The position numbers and the translations under genes were made by a program. Shown in pieces: positions 9,443-19,566 of a DNA stretch of 45,488 nucleotides. The stretch lies in the NCBI GenBank assembly GCA_021463645.1, contig JAJTYI010000009.1:255269-300756 (forward strand), given 5' to 3'. This DNA comes from a bacterium (GTDB lineage: Bacteria > Patescibacteriota > Dojkabacteria > B142 > OLB20). Below the pieces are notes generated by a model. It saw nothing but the letters and a program-made list of their open reading frames with translations, was not told where the DNA came from and searched no databases. Position 1 is the first letter of the stretch; every line of letters starts with the position of its first letter.

Positions 9443-11354
9443 AGAATGTACTTGTATATTTAATAATATTACTGAAATTAGTGACTATTATGCCTCTTTC
9501 GGTGTTTAATACTAGTTCCCGAGGCGAAACATTTTCTATTCTAGCATAAGGATCTTGATGGGAATAGTTAAAAAAAGAAACATGCTCACCTTTTCGCAAT
9601 ATACTCTTCTTGCTCTGAGTATCCTTCGATTTCAGCCTTAGGAGTATTTCTTTACTCTGCTTTTGATCAATCAAAAGATGGAGTGAATTTTTAGATATAA
9701 TAACCGTATTCCCTGTATATAAATATAAGATATCTATTATGTTACTAGTTGACCTTATTGAGAATGGATTTAAAACACATAGTGTTGTGGCTTTAGAGTT
9801 CTTAAGGACTTTTGCAATGTATCTGCGTATCTTTAAATAATCTGGAGTGTCGACGATAACTCCCGAAACATTGTTTTTCATTATAAAGTCTAGATTGATA
9901 TCGCCTAATTCGTTAGATTTCACTAATAATAATTTTGATGCACTAGAGTTTTGAACGTCTTCGAGTCTCATAAGTTTTCCTTGTACATCATCTCCAACTT
10001 TATAAATTGTATTGGTAGTAAATGAATTCGCTTTTATTTTTGCAGATTGAGCTGTTTCTGACTTGTCTATGGATACAATTTCTCCTTCAAAATCAGCTAG
10101 GAATTGCTTTTTATCCTTCAATTCTTTAAAAATCAGAACTCCTTGATTTAAAAAACTTATATCTAAATACCCCGTAAATGGGGTAACTACTTTTTCCTTC
10201 AACATGTTTTTCAGTACTGCCCTTTCGGCAATAACATCGCCCCTCTTAACATATTGCCCGTCTTTAACTTTCAAAGTTAGTTGTTTAGGTAATTTTATTC
10301 TCAGTAGATGATTTTCGTATTCAGGAATTAAACCTATGTCTTCATTTATTGATACCCTCTCCCCTTCATACTTCTGTAATACACTCCCTCCAGGTAGTAA
10401 GTAACTTAGTTCTACTTTGTGAAGAATGCTTCTTGGAATAGTGAGAGGCGTAACGTTATCAATACCAATAGAAATCACGTTTTTACTTAAGAGTGATTTA
10501 GCACTTTTACTTAGCACATAATTGTAATCTGGTTTATGAGTCACTCCTGAAGGGAAGGTTTTAATGAACTCACTGTTTGCATATAGTGGATAATTATTAC
10601 TCTTTATCTGTGGAATCTCGTTTAATGTTTTTGATTTTTTAGTAGTCAAGAACAGAGAAGTTGTAAAACTATCTATTAGATCATCATGCTCGACAATCCC
10701 ATACTCCTTATCGTAATCAGCAGTACTTAATAACTGCTGTACCAAACCCCAGCTATCAATAATAAATATTTTATTATTGTATTTGTTGTCATCTAATGTG
10801 TTTAGGATTATATCCATAGTTAGCCATCCACTCCAAACTAGTTCTCCGGATAAAATTACTACTTCAGTATTTGGCTTTATTTTAGGGTAGATTCGTTGAA
10901 ATATTTCGTAGTTTACAATTTCTGTTTCCTTTTCCACAGGAATCACAGGATATGCAGAAAATGAGTCAAGCAAAACATCACTTTTAACACCATTCTTTGT
11001 TAATTTTTTGAAGTATTTGGAATTGATGAAATTCTTTTCTAGAGATATCTTTATAGAGGAACTCTCTGATTTGGTAAATTTGTGTACTCGGTGGAAATCA
11101 AAGTCATAATATTCTATATCGGACTTATAATATTCTGATAGTTTCATAATGTTTTCTGAAACTATTTCTGACTTGATTTTGGAAATATTTACTAACTTAA
11201 CATCCTCAAAGGATTTATTAACTTGTGTCGAATACCAGTTATTGAGGAAACCGTTTACCCTATGGAGTGATACTGATCTAGCACCGCTTTCATCAATAGA
11301 AATTCTTCTACTAAAGAAATCCCCTAGCAAGAAGTAGTTTGATGCTAATAACAT
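9423..11354 (-). CDS. Hypothetical protein with barrel-sandwich-hybrid-like segments in the C-terminal half
   Basis: 643 aa ORF; LKVKDGQYVKRGDVIA...VTPFTG resembles biotinyl/lipoyl-like repeats. Confidence 0.6.
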   Translation of the reverse strand: MLLASNYFLLGDFFSRRISIDESGARSVSLHRVNGFLNNWYSTQVNKSFEDVKLVNISKIKSEIVSENIMKLSEYYKSDIEYYDFDFHRVHKFTKSESSSIKISLEKNFINSKYFKKLTKNGVKSDVLLDSFSAYPVIPVEKETEIVNYEIFQRIYPKIKPNTEVVILSGELVWSGWLTMDIILNTLDDNKYNNKIFIIDSWGLVQQLLSTADYDKEYGIVEHDDLIDSFTTSLFLTTKKSKTLNEIPQIKSNNYPLYANSEFIKTFPSGVTHKPDYNYVLSKSAKSLLSKNVISIGIDNVTPLTIPRSILHKVELSYLLPGGSVLQKYEGERVSINEDIGLIPEYENHLLRIKLPKQLTLKVKDGQYVKRGDVIAERAVLKNMLKEKVVTPFTGYLDISFLNQGVLIFKELKDKKQFLADFEGEIVSIDKSETAQSAKIKANSFTTNTIYKVGDDVQGKLMRLEDVQNSSASKLLLVKSNELGDINLDFIMKNNVSGVIVDTPDYLKIRRYIAKVLKNSKATTLCVLNPFSIRSTSNIIDILYLYTGNTVIISKNSLHLLIDQKQSKEILLRLKSKDTQSKKSILRKGEHVSFFNYSHQDPYARIENVSPRELVLNTERGIIVTNFSNIIKYTSTFYDTESK

Positions 11355-11374
11355 TGGGCAGAATGTATTTTAGT

Positions 11375-11617
11375 TTATGTTAGCTCGTTATATGGAAGTA
11401 ACGCCATAAATCGTGCTCTCTTTATCTCCCTTGCTAACTTTCTTTGACAGGATGGTGATACTCCAGTTCTTTCTGGATTTATTATCCTGCCTCTAGTAGT
11501 GATAAATTTCTTTAATTTGTAGACATCTTTATAATTGATTCTACTTTTATCACCTGCAAAAGGACATGAAGGTTTTGGGAGCTTCTTAATCTTTTTTTTG
11601 TTATTCTTTTTAGCCAT
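11375..11617 (-). CDS. rpsR: 30S ribosomal protein S18
   Basis: [19 protein letters not shown]...[19 protein letters not shown]. Confidence 0.97.
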   Translation of the reverse strand: MAKKNNKKKIKKLPKPSCPFAGDKSRINYKDVYKLKKFITTRGRIINPERTGVSPSCQRKLAREIKRARFMALLPYNELT

Positions 11618-11626
11618 TTTTACTTA

Positions 11627-12139
11627 TTAAAATAAATCCTCACCATCATCAACCTTATCAAGGTCTTCTTTTGGTTGTTTAACTTCTTCTACAGGAGAGT
11701 CTTTTTCTTCGACTTCTGTTTCTAAACTCTCTACAGGAACTTCTCCTCCTTCTTCTTCTCCTGCAAGTTTCGCCTCATCAAGTCCAACACCTTTTTTACC
11801 TTTATCATCAAGTAATTTCATATCATTTATTTTGATTTCTGTCTTGTAGTGTCTGACACCGTTTGCATCATCCCAAGTTCTTGTTCGAAGCTCACCTTCA
11901 ACATAAATTAACATTCCAACAGCTAATATCTGAGCACAAATTTCTGCTAGTTTATTCCATGCTACTAAATTATGGAATTCTGTTCTCTCTTGTACATTGC
12001 TACCACCATCTTTCCATGTTGCGTTAGTTGCGATTCCGAAATTACATACAACTGAACCGTTGCCAATTGTTCTTAAAACAGGATTCCTAGTAAGGTTTCC
12101 AATTAGTATTACTTTATTTACTGATCTAGAGGTTGACAT
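11627..12139 (-). CDS. ssb: Single-stranded DNA-binding protein
   Basis: VNKVILIGNLTRNP, YVEGELRTRTW, acidic tail ending EDLF; rpsF-ssb-rpsR order. Confidence 0.97.
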   Translation of the reverse strand: MSTSRSVNKVILIGNLTRNPVLRTIGNGSVVCNFGIATNATWKDGGSNVQERTEFHNLVAWNKLAEICAQILAVGMLIYVEGELRTRTWDDANGVRHYKTEIKINDMKLLDDKGKKGVGLDEAKLAGEEEGGEVPVESLETEVEEKDSPVEEVKQPKEDLDKVDDGEDLF

Positions 12140-12169
12140 TCTTATACGTTAATAAATAAAAAAAGTTAA

Positions 12170-12451
12170 TTAGTCTTCTAAAACAAGAAGAAATCTTAAA
12201 ATATCATTCATAAATTTGAGTTTGTTTTGGAGTTCGGTAACTTTTGATTTGTCTAGCTCCATGTTATAAACAACATAATAGCCTTCTTCATTACCTTCGA
12301 TAATGTAGGCTAGATGACGTTTACCCCATATATCTTCCTTTGTAATCTTTCCTCCTGCCTTTGTAACATATTCATCGATTTTCTTTAAAACGTTTGCTCG
12401 AATATCTTCGGTTAGCATCGGTTTCAGGATAAGCATCAATTCGTATTTCAT
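12170..12451 (-). CDS. rpsF: 30S ribosomal protein S6
   Basis: MKYELMLIL, WGKRHLAYII, ILRFL; ATG at 12451 preferred. Confidence 0.96.
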   Translation of the reverse strand: MKYELMLILKPMLTEDIRANVLKKIDEYVTKAGGKITKEDIWGKRHLAYIIEGNEEGYYVVYNMELDKSKVTELQNKLKFMNDILRFLLVLED

Positions 12452-12558
12452 ATAATTTCTCACTAAACAATTAAAACAATACAACTAAAACTCGCTATTA
12501 GCGATAGAGATGATATTAGCATAATTCTCCAAAAAATAGAATAACCTGAGTGTTTTTA

Positions 12559-13656
12559 CTACGCACCATGTCTAAATATCATTACATCTCCATCTTGAAC
12601 TATATAGTCCTTTCCCTCTAACTTGACCTTGCCTTCCTCTTTCAATAAATGCCAGTTTGGATTATCTAGGTAGTCATCAACTTTCGCAACCTCGGCACTG
12701 ATAAATTTCTTTTCAAAGTCAGTATGAATCGCACCTCCTGCTTGTGGCGCAGATGATCCTCTTCTTATTGTCCAGGCTTTAACTTCCTCTGGTCCAACAG
12801 TAAAAAACGAAATCAAATCTAGCAACCTGTATCCAATTCTTGTAAGTTCTTCCAAACCTCTAAAGTTCATGCCCATATCTTTCATAAGTTCTTCTCTCTC
12901 CTCCACTCCCATGGTGGTCAATTCGTATTCAAGAGAGATATTAATTGGTAATAAAGGGTGCTCTTCATTTATGTCGAGCTCTTTCCTGAGTTTGGTTGCT
13001 AAGGATACATCAATATTTATCCAATCACCGTTTACTAGATAAATAAATGGTTTATCCGTTAATAGGCATAGCTCTTTTCTCATCGCTACAATATCTTTAT
13101 TTTTTTCGTCAGCTTTGTGAGTATTTGCGAGTAAACCTTTTTCAAGAACTGATTTAATCTGTTTGAGTTCTTCTAGATATTTTGCCTTTGTGCTATCGGA
13201 CCTAGCCTCTTTCTCCATCTTTGATAGACGAGCATCTACCGTATCGAGATCTTTCAGAATCAGTTCTGATTCTATGACTTCTTTGTCGAATTTAGGATTG
13301 ATATCATCATGAACATGAGTTACTTTTTTATCAGCAAAAACTCTTATTACCATGATTACTGCATTTACATTTCGTATATTTGCTAAAAATGCATTTCCAA
13401 GACCCTCTCCTTCGTGCGCACCTTTTACAATTCCAGCAATGTCAACAAATTCGATAATCGCAGGAGATATTTTCTCAGGATTTGCAGTGCTAACTAAACT
13501 ATCAAACCTAGAATCAGAAACTGCTACGACTCCTACGTTTGGATCAATAGTACAAAACGGATAATTTTCCGCTGGTACCTTTTGATTTGTGAGGGCATTG
13601 AATAGTGTAGATTTACCTACATTAGGCAAACCAACAATTCCGAGTGATAAATTCAT
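12559..13656 (-). CDS. ychF: Redox-regulated ATPase YchF
   Basis: GIVGLPNVGKSTLFNALT, NYPFCTIDPN, DIAG, EGKDYIVQDGD. Confidence 0.97.
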   Translation of the reverse strand: MNLSLGIVGLPNVGKSTLFNALTNQKVPAENYPFCTIDPNVGVVAVSDSRFDSLVSTANPEKISPAIIEFVDIAGIVKGAHEGEGLGNAFLANIRNVNAVIMVIRVFADKKVTHVHDDINPKFDKEVIESELILKDLDTVDARLSKMEKEARSDSTKAKYLEELKQIKSVLEKGLLANTHKADEKNKDIVAMRKELCLLTDKPFIYLVNGDWINIDVSLATKLRKELDINEEHPLLPINISLEYELTTMGVEEREELMKDMGMNFRGLEELTRIGYRLLDLISFFTVGPEEVKAWTIRRGSSAPQAGGAIHTDFEKKFISAEVAKVDDYLDNPNWHLLKEEGKVKLEGKDYIVQDGDVMIFRHGA

Positions 13657-13669
13657 GTTTTTATGATAA

Positions 13670-15052
13670 TTAATCTAATTCTACTACCTCTTTCCATTTT
13701 GGTATATAGGAGTTGATGCCTTTTTCATCAAGCGCAGTCTTAAATGCCTCACTTCTATCAGGGTCTGCATGAGTCAAAAATACCTTTTTCAAGCTTGTCT
13801 GATTGAAATTTTTCAACCACTCTAGTAGATCTTGATGGTCTCCATGAGAGGAGAATCCTTCTATACGTTTGATATCAGCATTTATTTTAACGCGCTTTCT
13901 ATCTAATTCAATTTCTTGCTGACCTTCTAGTATTTCTCGACCTTTTGTTCCTTCTGCCTGGTATCCGACGAAAATAACCATGTTATTTTTGTGAGGTAAA
14001 TTGTTTATCAAATGTCGAATTACCCTACCCCCTTCAGCCATACCACTTCCTGCGATAAAGATAGATTTGATTTTGTTAGACGACTTTAATGATTGTTTGT
14101 GAGTTCTTGTAATTTTTAAATTTGGAAAGTTAAAAATATTTCGGACAATTTGAGCATCTGTCAGATCATATTTTACAGGATCAAAAAATGTAGTATTATT
14201 TGAATAGATCCCCGTAGCTTTGATAGCAAGTGGACTGTCCAATATTACTTGAACCTCTTGGTCAATCAAGTTTTTCGCAAATGCAACCTTCAAGATTTCT
14301 AAAATTTCTTGGGTTTTATGAACAGCGAAACTTGGAATAACAACATTTCCCCCTCTCCCAATCGTTTCATTGATAAGATTTATCAACTCCTTCGTTGCAT
14401 CAGGCCTGGTTTGATGAACTACTCCACCATAAAGAGATTCCATAATTACATAATCTGCACTGAACTGATTGTCCTGAATGTTGATAAAACTTTCAATAAT
14501 AGCCTCATCTACTCTTCCTAAATCACCCGAGAAAACAATACTTTTTCCACCTATAGTCAGAAATACACTTGCTGCACCTAAAATATGACCAGCTTTTCTG
14601 AAAGTAAACTTTATATCTTGCGAGACATTAATTTCTTCATCAAAATCCACACTTACTAGATTTGCGATTGCATTAAGTGAGTCAAATGTTGTGTAAATGA
14701 TATCAACATTACTATCGTGATCTCCCCTAGAGAAGTTAGACTCCTGGATTTTTGCTGCATCTAATAACAGGATTTCGACTAATTGTGTTGTTGGTGGTGT
14801 TGAATAAATTTTACCAGAAAAACCATTTCGGAATAATTTTGGTAATAAACCTGAGTGATCCATGTGTGCATGGGTTAGAACAACGAAATCAATTTCACTC
14901 GGGTTAAAATCAAAATTATCAAAATTTCTCTTATATACGTCTTCTCCTTGAAATAGTCCACAGTCAATTAGAAATTTTGTTTCGCCATATTGAACAAGAT
15001 AACATGATCCAGTTACTGTTTCAGTCGCTCCTAGAAATGTAATATTTAACAT
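13670..15052 (-). CDS. MBL-fold beta-CASP RNA-metabolising nuclease
   Basis: LTHAHMDHSG, AGHILG, FSGDLG, MESLYG, GYQAEGTKGR, FSSHGD. Confidence 0.93.
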   Translation of the reverse strand: MLNITFLGATETVTGSCYLVQYGETKFLIDCGLFQGEDVYKRNFDNFDFNPSEIDFVVLTHAHMDHSGLLPKLFRNGFSGKIYSTPPTTQLVEILLLDAAKIQESNFSRGDHDSNVDIIYTTFDSLNAIANLVSVDFDEEINVSQDIKFTFRKAGHILGAASVFLTIGGKSIVFSGDLGRVDEAIIESFINIQDNQFSADYVIMESLYGGVVHQTRPDATKELINLINETIGRGGNVVIPSFAVHKTQEILEILKVAFAKNLIDQEVQVILDSPLAIKATGIYSNNTTFFDPVKYDLTDAQIVRNIFNFPNLKITRTHKQSLKSSNKIKSIFIAGSGMAEGGRVIRHLINNLPHKNNMVIFVGYQAEGTKGREILEGQQEIELDRKRVKINADIKRIEGFSSHGDHQDLLEWLKNFNQTSLKKVFLTHADPDRSEAFKTALDEKGINSYIPKWKEVVELD

Positions 15053-15093
15053 AATAAATTTCTAATAAATAAACATATATCTTATGAGGAAAT

Positions 15094-16551
15094 TTAAGCT
15101 TTACTACTCAAATAATCCTTGGATAATGAAAGCAATTTTTCTTTATCGTTTAGCATTGGATCTTCTATGACTTTTTCTAATAAGTGTTTTAATACCTCGC
15201 CCATCTTGGGACCTTTTTCGATACCAGCTTCAAACAAGTCTTCCCCTGTAATATTTAAATCGGTAATTTTTAGTGCCATGTCTTTCGAACGCACCTCTGA
15301 TATCCTGTCTTGTAGGGCTTTTATTTCAATCGGATCAAATTCTGATTTGGGATTTGCATTTGCATCTGCAATTCTAAGTTTAAACAAATCATCAATAAAC
15401 TCTTCCCCCACATTGGCAATAAATCTACGAATAGCCGAATCACTCCATCCACCAGAGGAACTTGTTTTCTGATCTGTTATTATTTCAAGTGCATTTTCTT
15501 TCCTCCACTCTGCCGATGGATAATAAAACATATGCCATCTTACAAGTGTTGATACTTTTTTAGTTTCTGAATTCGAGAATTTTAATCGCTCCATAATCGC
15601 TTTTACCATCTCAGCACCGACTATATCGTGACTGTAGAAATGTATCCCACTCTCATCTTCTGATTTAGTTCTAGCCTTACCAATATCATGTAATAAAGCA
15701 GCCAATTTAATAGAATCTTCTGCCAAATCTAAAGTCTTTAAACTATGTGTATAAACATCATCGTGATGCCATTCTGGTTGTTCAATATTTATACACTCCA
15801 GTAACTCAGGTAAAAACAATTCTAAAAGTCCACTAGTCCGAAACAATTCGATACCTACTGATGGTTTTGGTGCATACTTTAATAACTTTAACAACTCATC
15901 TCGAACTCTTTCCATTGAAACCATCTTTGAAATGTTCAAGGTTGCTTTAATTGCTTCGAAAGTGCTTTCTTCTATAGTGAAGCCAAGTATGGCAGCCAAT
16001 CTGCAAGCCCTGTATGCCCTTAAACCATCCTCACCGAATCGTTCCATAGGATCTCCAACAGCTCTAATAATTTGGGCATCTAGGTCCTTTTGGCCACCAA
16101 ATGGATCTACAATTATTTCATGATGAGTACTACCTTGATCATTTAAATTATCGAGATCTATTGCCATTGCATTTATTGTGAAATCACGCCTGGACAAATC
16201 TGTAGTAATATCACTGGCGAACTCTACTTTTGAAGGCCATCTACCACCAAAATAGTCTTCTTCACTTCTAAAAGTAGTAACTTCGACATCGTAACGTTCA
16301 CCTTTTCTGTCGCTATTGATCACCAAAATCGTCCCAAACTTGGCATTCGTAGATACTGAATGTGGAAATATCTTTGAAATTTGTTCTGGGAGTGCATTTG
16401 TTGCAATATCATAATCCTTTGGCTCAACTCCCAGTAACATATCTTTTACTGCACCACCGACTAAAAAGGCTTTATAACCATGATTCACCAAAACATCTGA
16501 TGTATTTAATACGTATTCTGGCAAATTTTTTCTTATTTCTGCGATTTCCAT
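15094..16551 (-). CDS. cca: CCA tRNA nucleotidyltransferase with HD domain
   Basis: LVGGAVKD, DYDIATNA, DLSRRDFTINA, ERVRDEL, LLHDIGK. Confidence 0.93.
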   Translation of the reverse strand: MEIAEIRKNLPEYVLNTSDVLVNHGYKAFLVGGAVKDMLLGVEPKDYDIATNALPEQISKIFPHSVSTNAKFGTILVINSDRKGERYDVEVTTFRSEEDYFGGRWPSKVEFASDITTDLSRRDFTINAMAIDLDNLNDQGSTHHEIIVDPFGGQKDLDAQIIRAVGDPMERFGEDGLRAYRACRLAAILGFTIEESTFEAIKATLNISKMVSMERVRDELLKLLKYAPKPSVGIELFRTSGLLELFLPELLECINIEQPEWHHDDVYTHSLKTLDLAEDSIKLAALLHDIGKARTKSEDESGIHFYSHDIVGAEMVKAIMERLKFSNSETKKVSTLVRWHMFYYPSAEWRKENALEIITDQKTSSSGGWSDSAIRRFIANVGEEFIDDLFKLRIADANANPKSEFDPIEIKALQDRISEVRSKDMALKITDLNITGEDLFEAGIEKGPKMGEVLKHLLEKVIEDPMLNDKEKLLSLSKDYLSSKA

Positions 16552-16736
16552 ATATGTAATTTAACCATTTATCAACCAAACTAAACAAACAATTTTCCCA
16601 AATTAATCAAGTTTTGTACACAAATGTTACATATATTTCGTGAAACAATAGTTATTGTTTTGTAAAAACCGATTAACATATCACTAACCAATACCCAAGA
16701 TGCTATTAATAACAATATCTAACAGTAAATCCGGGA

Positions 16737-17345
16737 TTATTGGGGCATTTTTGTGCGGTTCTCCAGTGCCCTGAGCAAAGTGAGTTTATCTGTGTAATCC
16801 AAATCTGCTCCAGTAGGAACACCTCGGGCAATCCTTGTGATTTTTATTTCGGGAATATCATGCAACTGTTCTGTTATAAACATAGCGGTCGCCTCGCCTT
16901 CTAGACTAGGACTCGTAGCAAGAATCAACTCAATCTCTCCAGGTATAATTTTTATCCTTTTTAGCAATTTATCTATTGTCAAATCTTCTGGTCCTACTCC
17001 CTGCATTGGTGACAATAAGCCACCTAGCACATGATATTTACCTGAATATTGACCGGTTCTCTCAAAGGCGACCAAATCAAGAACATCTTCCACAACCATT
17101 ATTTGATTCTCACTTCTTTCTTCGTCAATACAAATACCACAAAGTTTGTCATCACTAAGGTTGTAACACTTGTTACAGAAAGTTACATTATTTTTAAGAT
17201 TAACCAAGGAATGGGCGAAGTCTTCTACAATTAATTTATCGATACGCAAGAATGCCAAGGCCAGTCTAGACGCAGACTTCGGACCGATACCTGGTAAATT
17301 TGAAAAATGATTAATTACCTTTTCTATATCTCTTGGGAGGTACAT
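16737..17345 (-). CDS. recR: Recombination mediator RecR
   Basis: LPGIGPKSASRLA, C4 zinc finger, YHVLGG, TRIARGVPTG. Confidence 0.97.
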   Translation of the reverse strand: MYLPRDIEKVINHFSNLPGIGPKSASRLALAFLRIDKLIVEDFAHSLVNLKNNVTFCNKCYNLSDDKLCGICIDEERSENQIMVVEDVLDLVAFERTGQYSGKYHVLGGLLSPMQGVGPEDLTIDKLLKRIKIIPGEIELILATSPSLEGEATAMFITEQLHDIPEIKITRIARGVPTGADLDYTDKLTLLRALENRTKMPQ

Positions 17346-17346
17346 T

Positions 17347-17643
17347 TTAGCCTCCAAGCATGCCTTTTAGTTTATCCATATCAAAATCTTTCATCATTTC
17401 TTTCTGCAAGTTTTTCTGAGCATCCTTCCAAGCCTGCTTGAGTGATTTAACAAGTTGATTTTTCTCATTTAAATCCATCAATTCGTCATGTATTTCAATG
17501 TTTTCGATTTCTTGCACCCCATTCATTGAAATAATAACCAATTCATCTTCACTCCTACCTTCAACTCTTAGCTGTTTCATCTGTTTTTGCATTGCCCTAG
17601 CCTCTTTTTGCATTGCATATAAATCTTTTGCTTTTCCAAACAT
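17347..17643 (-). CDS. ybaB: YbaB/EbfC nucleoid-associated protein
   Basis: Position between dnaX and recR; MQKQMKQLRVEG...ISMNG. Confidence 0.9.
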   Translation of the reverse strand: MFGKAKDLYAMQKEARAMQKQMKQLRVEGRSEDELVIISMNGVQEIENIEIHDELMDLNEKNQLVKSLKQAWKDAQKNLQKEMMKDFDMDKLKGMLGG

Positions 17644-17692
17644 ATTATTCAAAATAAAAATTAATTTAATAAATTATAATATCACAAAATAC

Positions 17693-19249
17693 TTACAGAT
17701 CCTCCGGATCGCTAAAGACTTCTTCTACCATATCTACATTTGAATCACCTTTCTCAGGTTTTTCATCCTTCCTTGACGCCAAACTTTTGTTTACGACTAT
17801 CTCCATGTTTAAATTTGATCCAAAAACTTCTATCATCATACCCGACAACACATTCCGAACCCTGTTATTTTCAAGCTGTTTCTGATGAAAACCAAATGGA
17901 ACCTCAACCCTAATGTTATCACCATCAACTTCTTTTACCACAACATTCACCAAGAGAGCAGCTAAATGTGGGTTATTGTCTTTCGCCTTCGTAACAAGCT
18001 TACCCCACTGCGAGAAGATTTTATCCGAACTTAGCGATTCTGAACTCGTTGCCACCTCAATCTTTTCAATTATTTCATCATCATCTTTTGTATCCTTCTC
18101 TACCTTAGTCTCTTTAGAGATTTTTGAATTTTTTTCATTATTTTCAACCTTAACTTTTGTGGAGGAACTAGTAGAGATTTTCTCCGTAAAGAAACCGGTA
18201 TTGTTTCCCGATACCTCAACTATATCTAGAATTGCCATCTCTAAAGTCAAAGAAGGTAAGATACTCAGTCTCATTTTATCCAGAGTCTCGGATACATTCT
18301 TTATAAAGGTAAATAAGAATCTATTAGAGTACTTTGCAGTACCTCCTGATATACTTTTGGTTAACTCATTCCTCGCCTGTAACAATAGCTGCTTAACAAA
18401 TTGGTTAGTATCAACACCTTCATTAAGAGAAGTTGCAATTATTTCGAACGCTTTATTTACATCACCATGATATGTACTTTCAATTACATCATTGACCAAT
18501 TTCATATCCGCAAAACCCAAGACTGTAGTGACATCTTCAATATCGATTTTTTTGTCTTTTTCAAATCCTGTGGAGGACAAAACCTTTTCTAGGATTGTCT
18601 CAGAATCCCTGAAACTACCCCCAGAGGAAGAAATTACCATATCAATTGCTTCTTTCTCGAATTTAACGCCTTCTTTTCTTAATATATGCGTAAGCTTTTC
18701 TGTTAATTGCTGCTTAGTAGCCAATTTGAAATCAAATCTTTGAGTTCTAGAAATAATCGTTTGTGGTAATTTATGGACTTCTGTAGTTGCAAGAATAAAG
18801 ACAACATTCGGAGGTGGTTCCTCTAGTGTCTTTAGCAAGGCATTAAACGCTTCACTTGTAAGCATGTGTACCTCATCTATAATATAGACCTTGTAGGTAC
18901 CTTGTACGGGCAAAAACCCGACTTTTTCTTTCAGTTCACGTATCTCATCAATACCTCTATTTGAAGCAGCGTCAATTTCAATAAGATCCATAAAACTGGA
19001 ATTATTGATAGCAATACAGTTGTTGCATTTATTACATGGGTTGGAGTCTTTACGATTCGTGCAATTCAGGGCCTTTGCTAGAACTCTTGCAGTTGTAGTC
19101 TTCCCTGTACCGCGGGGTCCAGTGAATAAATATGCATGAGCTACACGATTATCTTTGAGGGCCTGAATAAGAACCTTCTTTATACGGTCTTGACCGTAAA
19201 TCTCAGAAAAGTCTTTTGATCTGTATTTTCTATATAGTACTTGAGGCAT
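17693..19249 (-). CDS. dnaX: DNA polymerase III subunit gamma/tau
   Basis: LYRKYR, GPRGTGKTT, EIDAASNRG, IIDEVHML, LLKTLEEPP. Confidence 0.98.
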   Translation of the reverse strand: MPQVLYRKYRSKDFSEIYGQDRIKKVLIQALKDNRVAHAYLFTGPRGTGKTTTARVLAKALNCTNRKDSNPCNKCNNCIAINNSSFMDLIEIDAASNRGIDEIRELKEKVGFLPVQGTYKVYIIDEVHMLTSEAFNALLKTLEEPPPNVVFILATTEVHKLPQTIISRTQRFDFKLATKQQLTEKLTHILRKEGVKFEKEAIDMVISSSGGSFRDSETILEKVLSSTGFEKDKKIDIEDVTTVLGFADMKLVNDVIESTYHGDVNKAFEIIATSLNEGVDTNQFVKQLLLQARNELTKSISGGTAKYSNRFLFTFIKNVSETLDKMRLSILPSLTLEMAILDIVEVSGNNTGFFTEKISTSSSTKVKVENNEKNSKISKETKVEKDTKDDDEIIEKIEVATSSESLSSDKIFSQWGKLVTKAKDNNPHLAALLVNVVVKEVDGDNIRVEVPFGFHQKQLENNRVRNVLSGMMIEVFGSNLNMEIVVNKSLASRKDEKPEKGDSNVDMVEEVFSDPEDL

Positions 19250-19297
19250 GAAAGACCCTAAAGATAATTACGATACTTTGTAAAAACGTGAATGAGA

Positions 19298-19516
19298 TTA
19301 GGCGATTTTGCCTTTTTTGGCCATGCGTCGCTTTGCAGCACGTCTTCTGCGCTTCATTTTAGCCCAGACTTTGTTTTTCTCATGTACTTCACTAGTAGGT
19401 TTGATTCTATAGCGATTTTTGAGGATTTCATTAGGAATATTCTCCCTATTGGCTTCTCTCCAGAGCATTTTTAACGCCTGTTCAACAGACATTTGATCAT
19501 GAACGATTACTGACAT
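19298..19516 (-). CDS. rpsU: 30S ribosomal protein S21 (divergent)
   Basis: SVEQALK...RYRIKPT, Arg/Lys-rich tail; AGGAGG Shine-Dalgarno upstream. Confidence 0.8.
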   Translation of the reverse strand: MSVIVHDQMSVEQALKMLWREANRENIPNEILKNRYRIKPTSEVHEKNKVWAKMKRRRRAAKRRMAKKGKIA

Positions 19517-19566
19517 TGTTATTACCTCCTAAATAAATTGTTGAGTTTTGATTATATCAGATAAAT

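Noticed and set aside
12490-12512. Possible S6:S18 leader hairpin upstream of rpsF
   Set aside because: Only a short TCGCTA/TAGCGA palindrome; the characteristic CCR internal-loop motif is not evident.
17913-18470. Long antisense ORFs (also 24630-25157, 29658-30092, 30089-30457, 15119-15472, 39970-40260 and others)
   Set aside because: They lie opposite well-conserved genes and have Ser/Phe/Ile-rich shadow composition.
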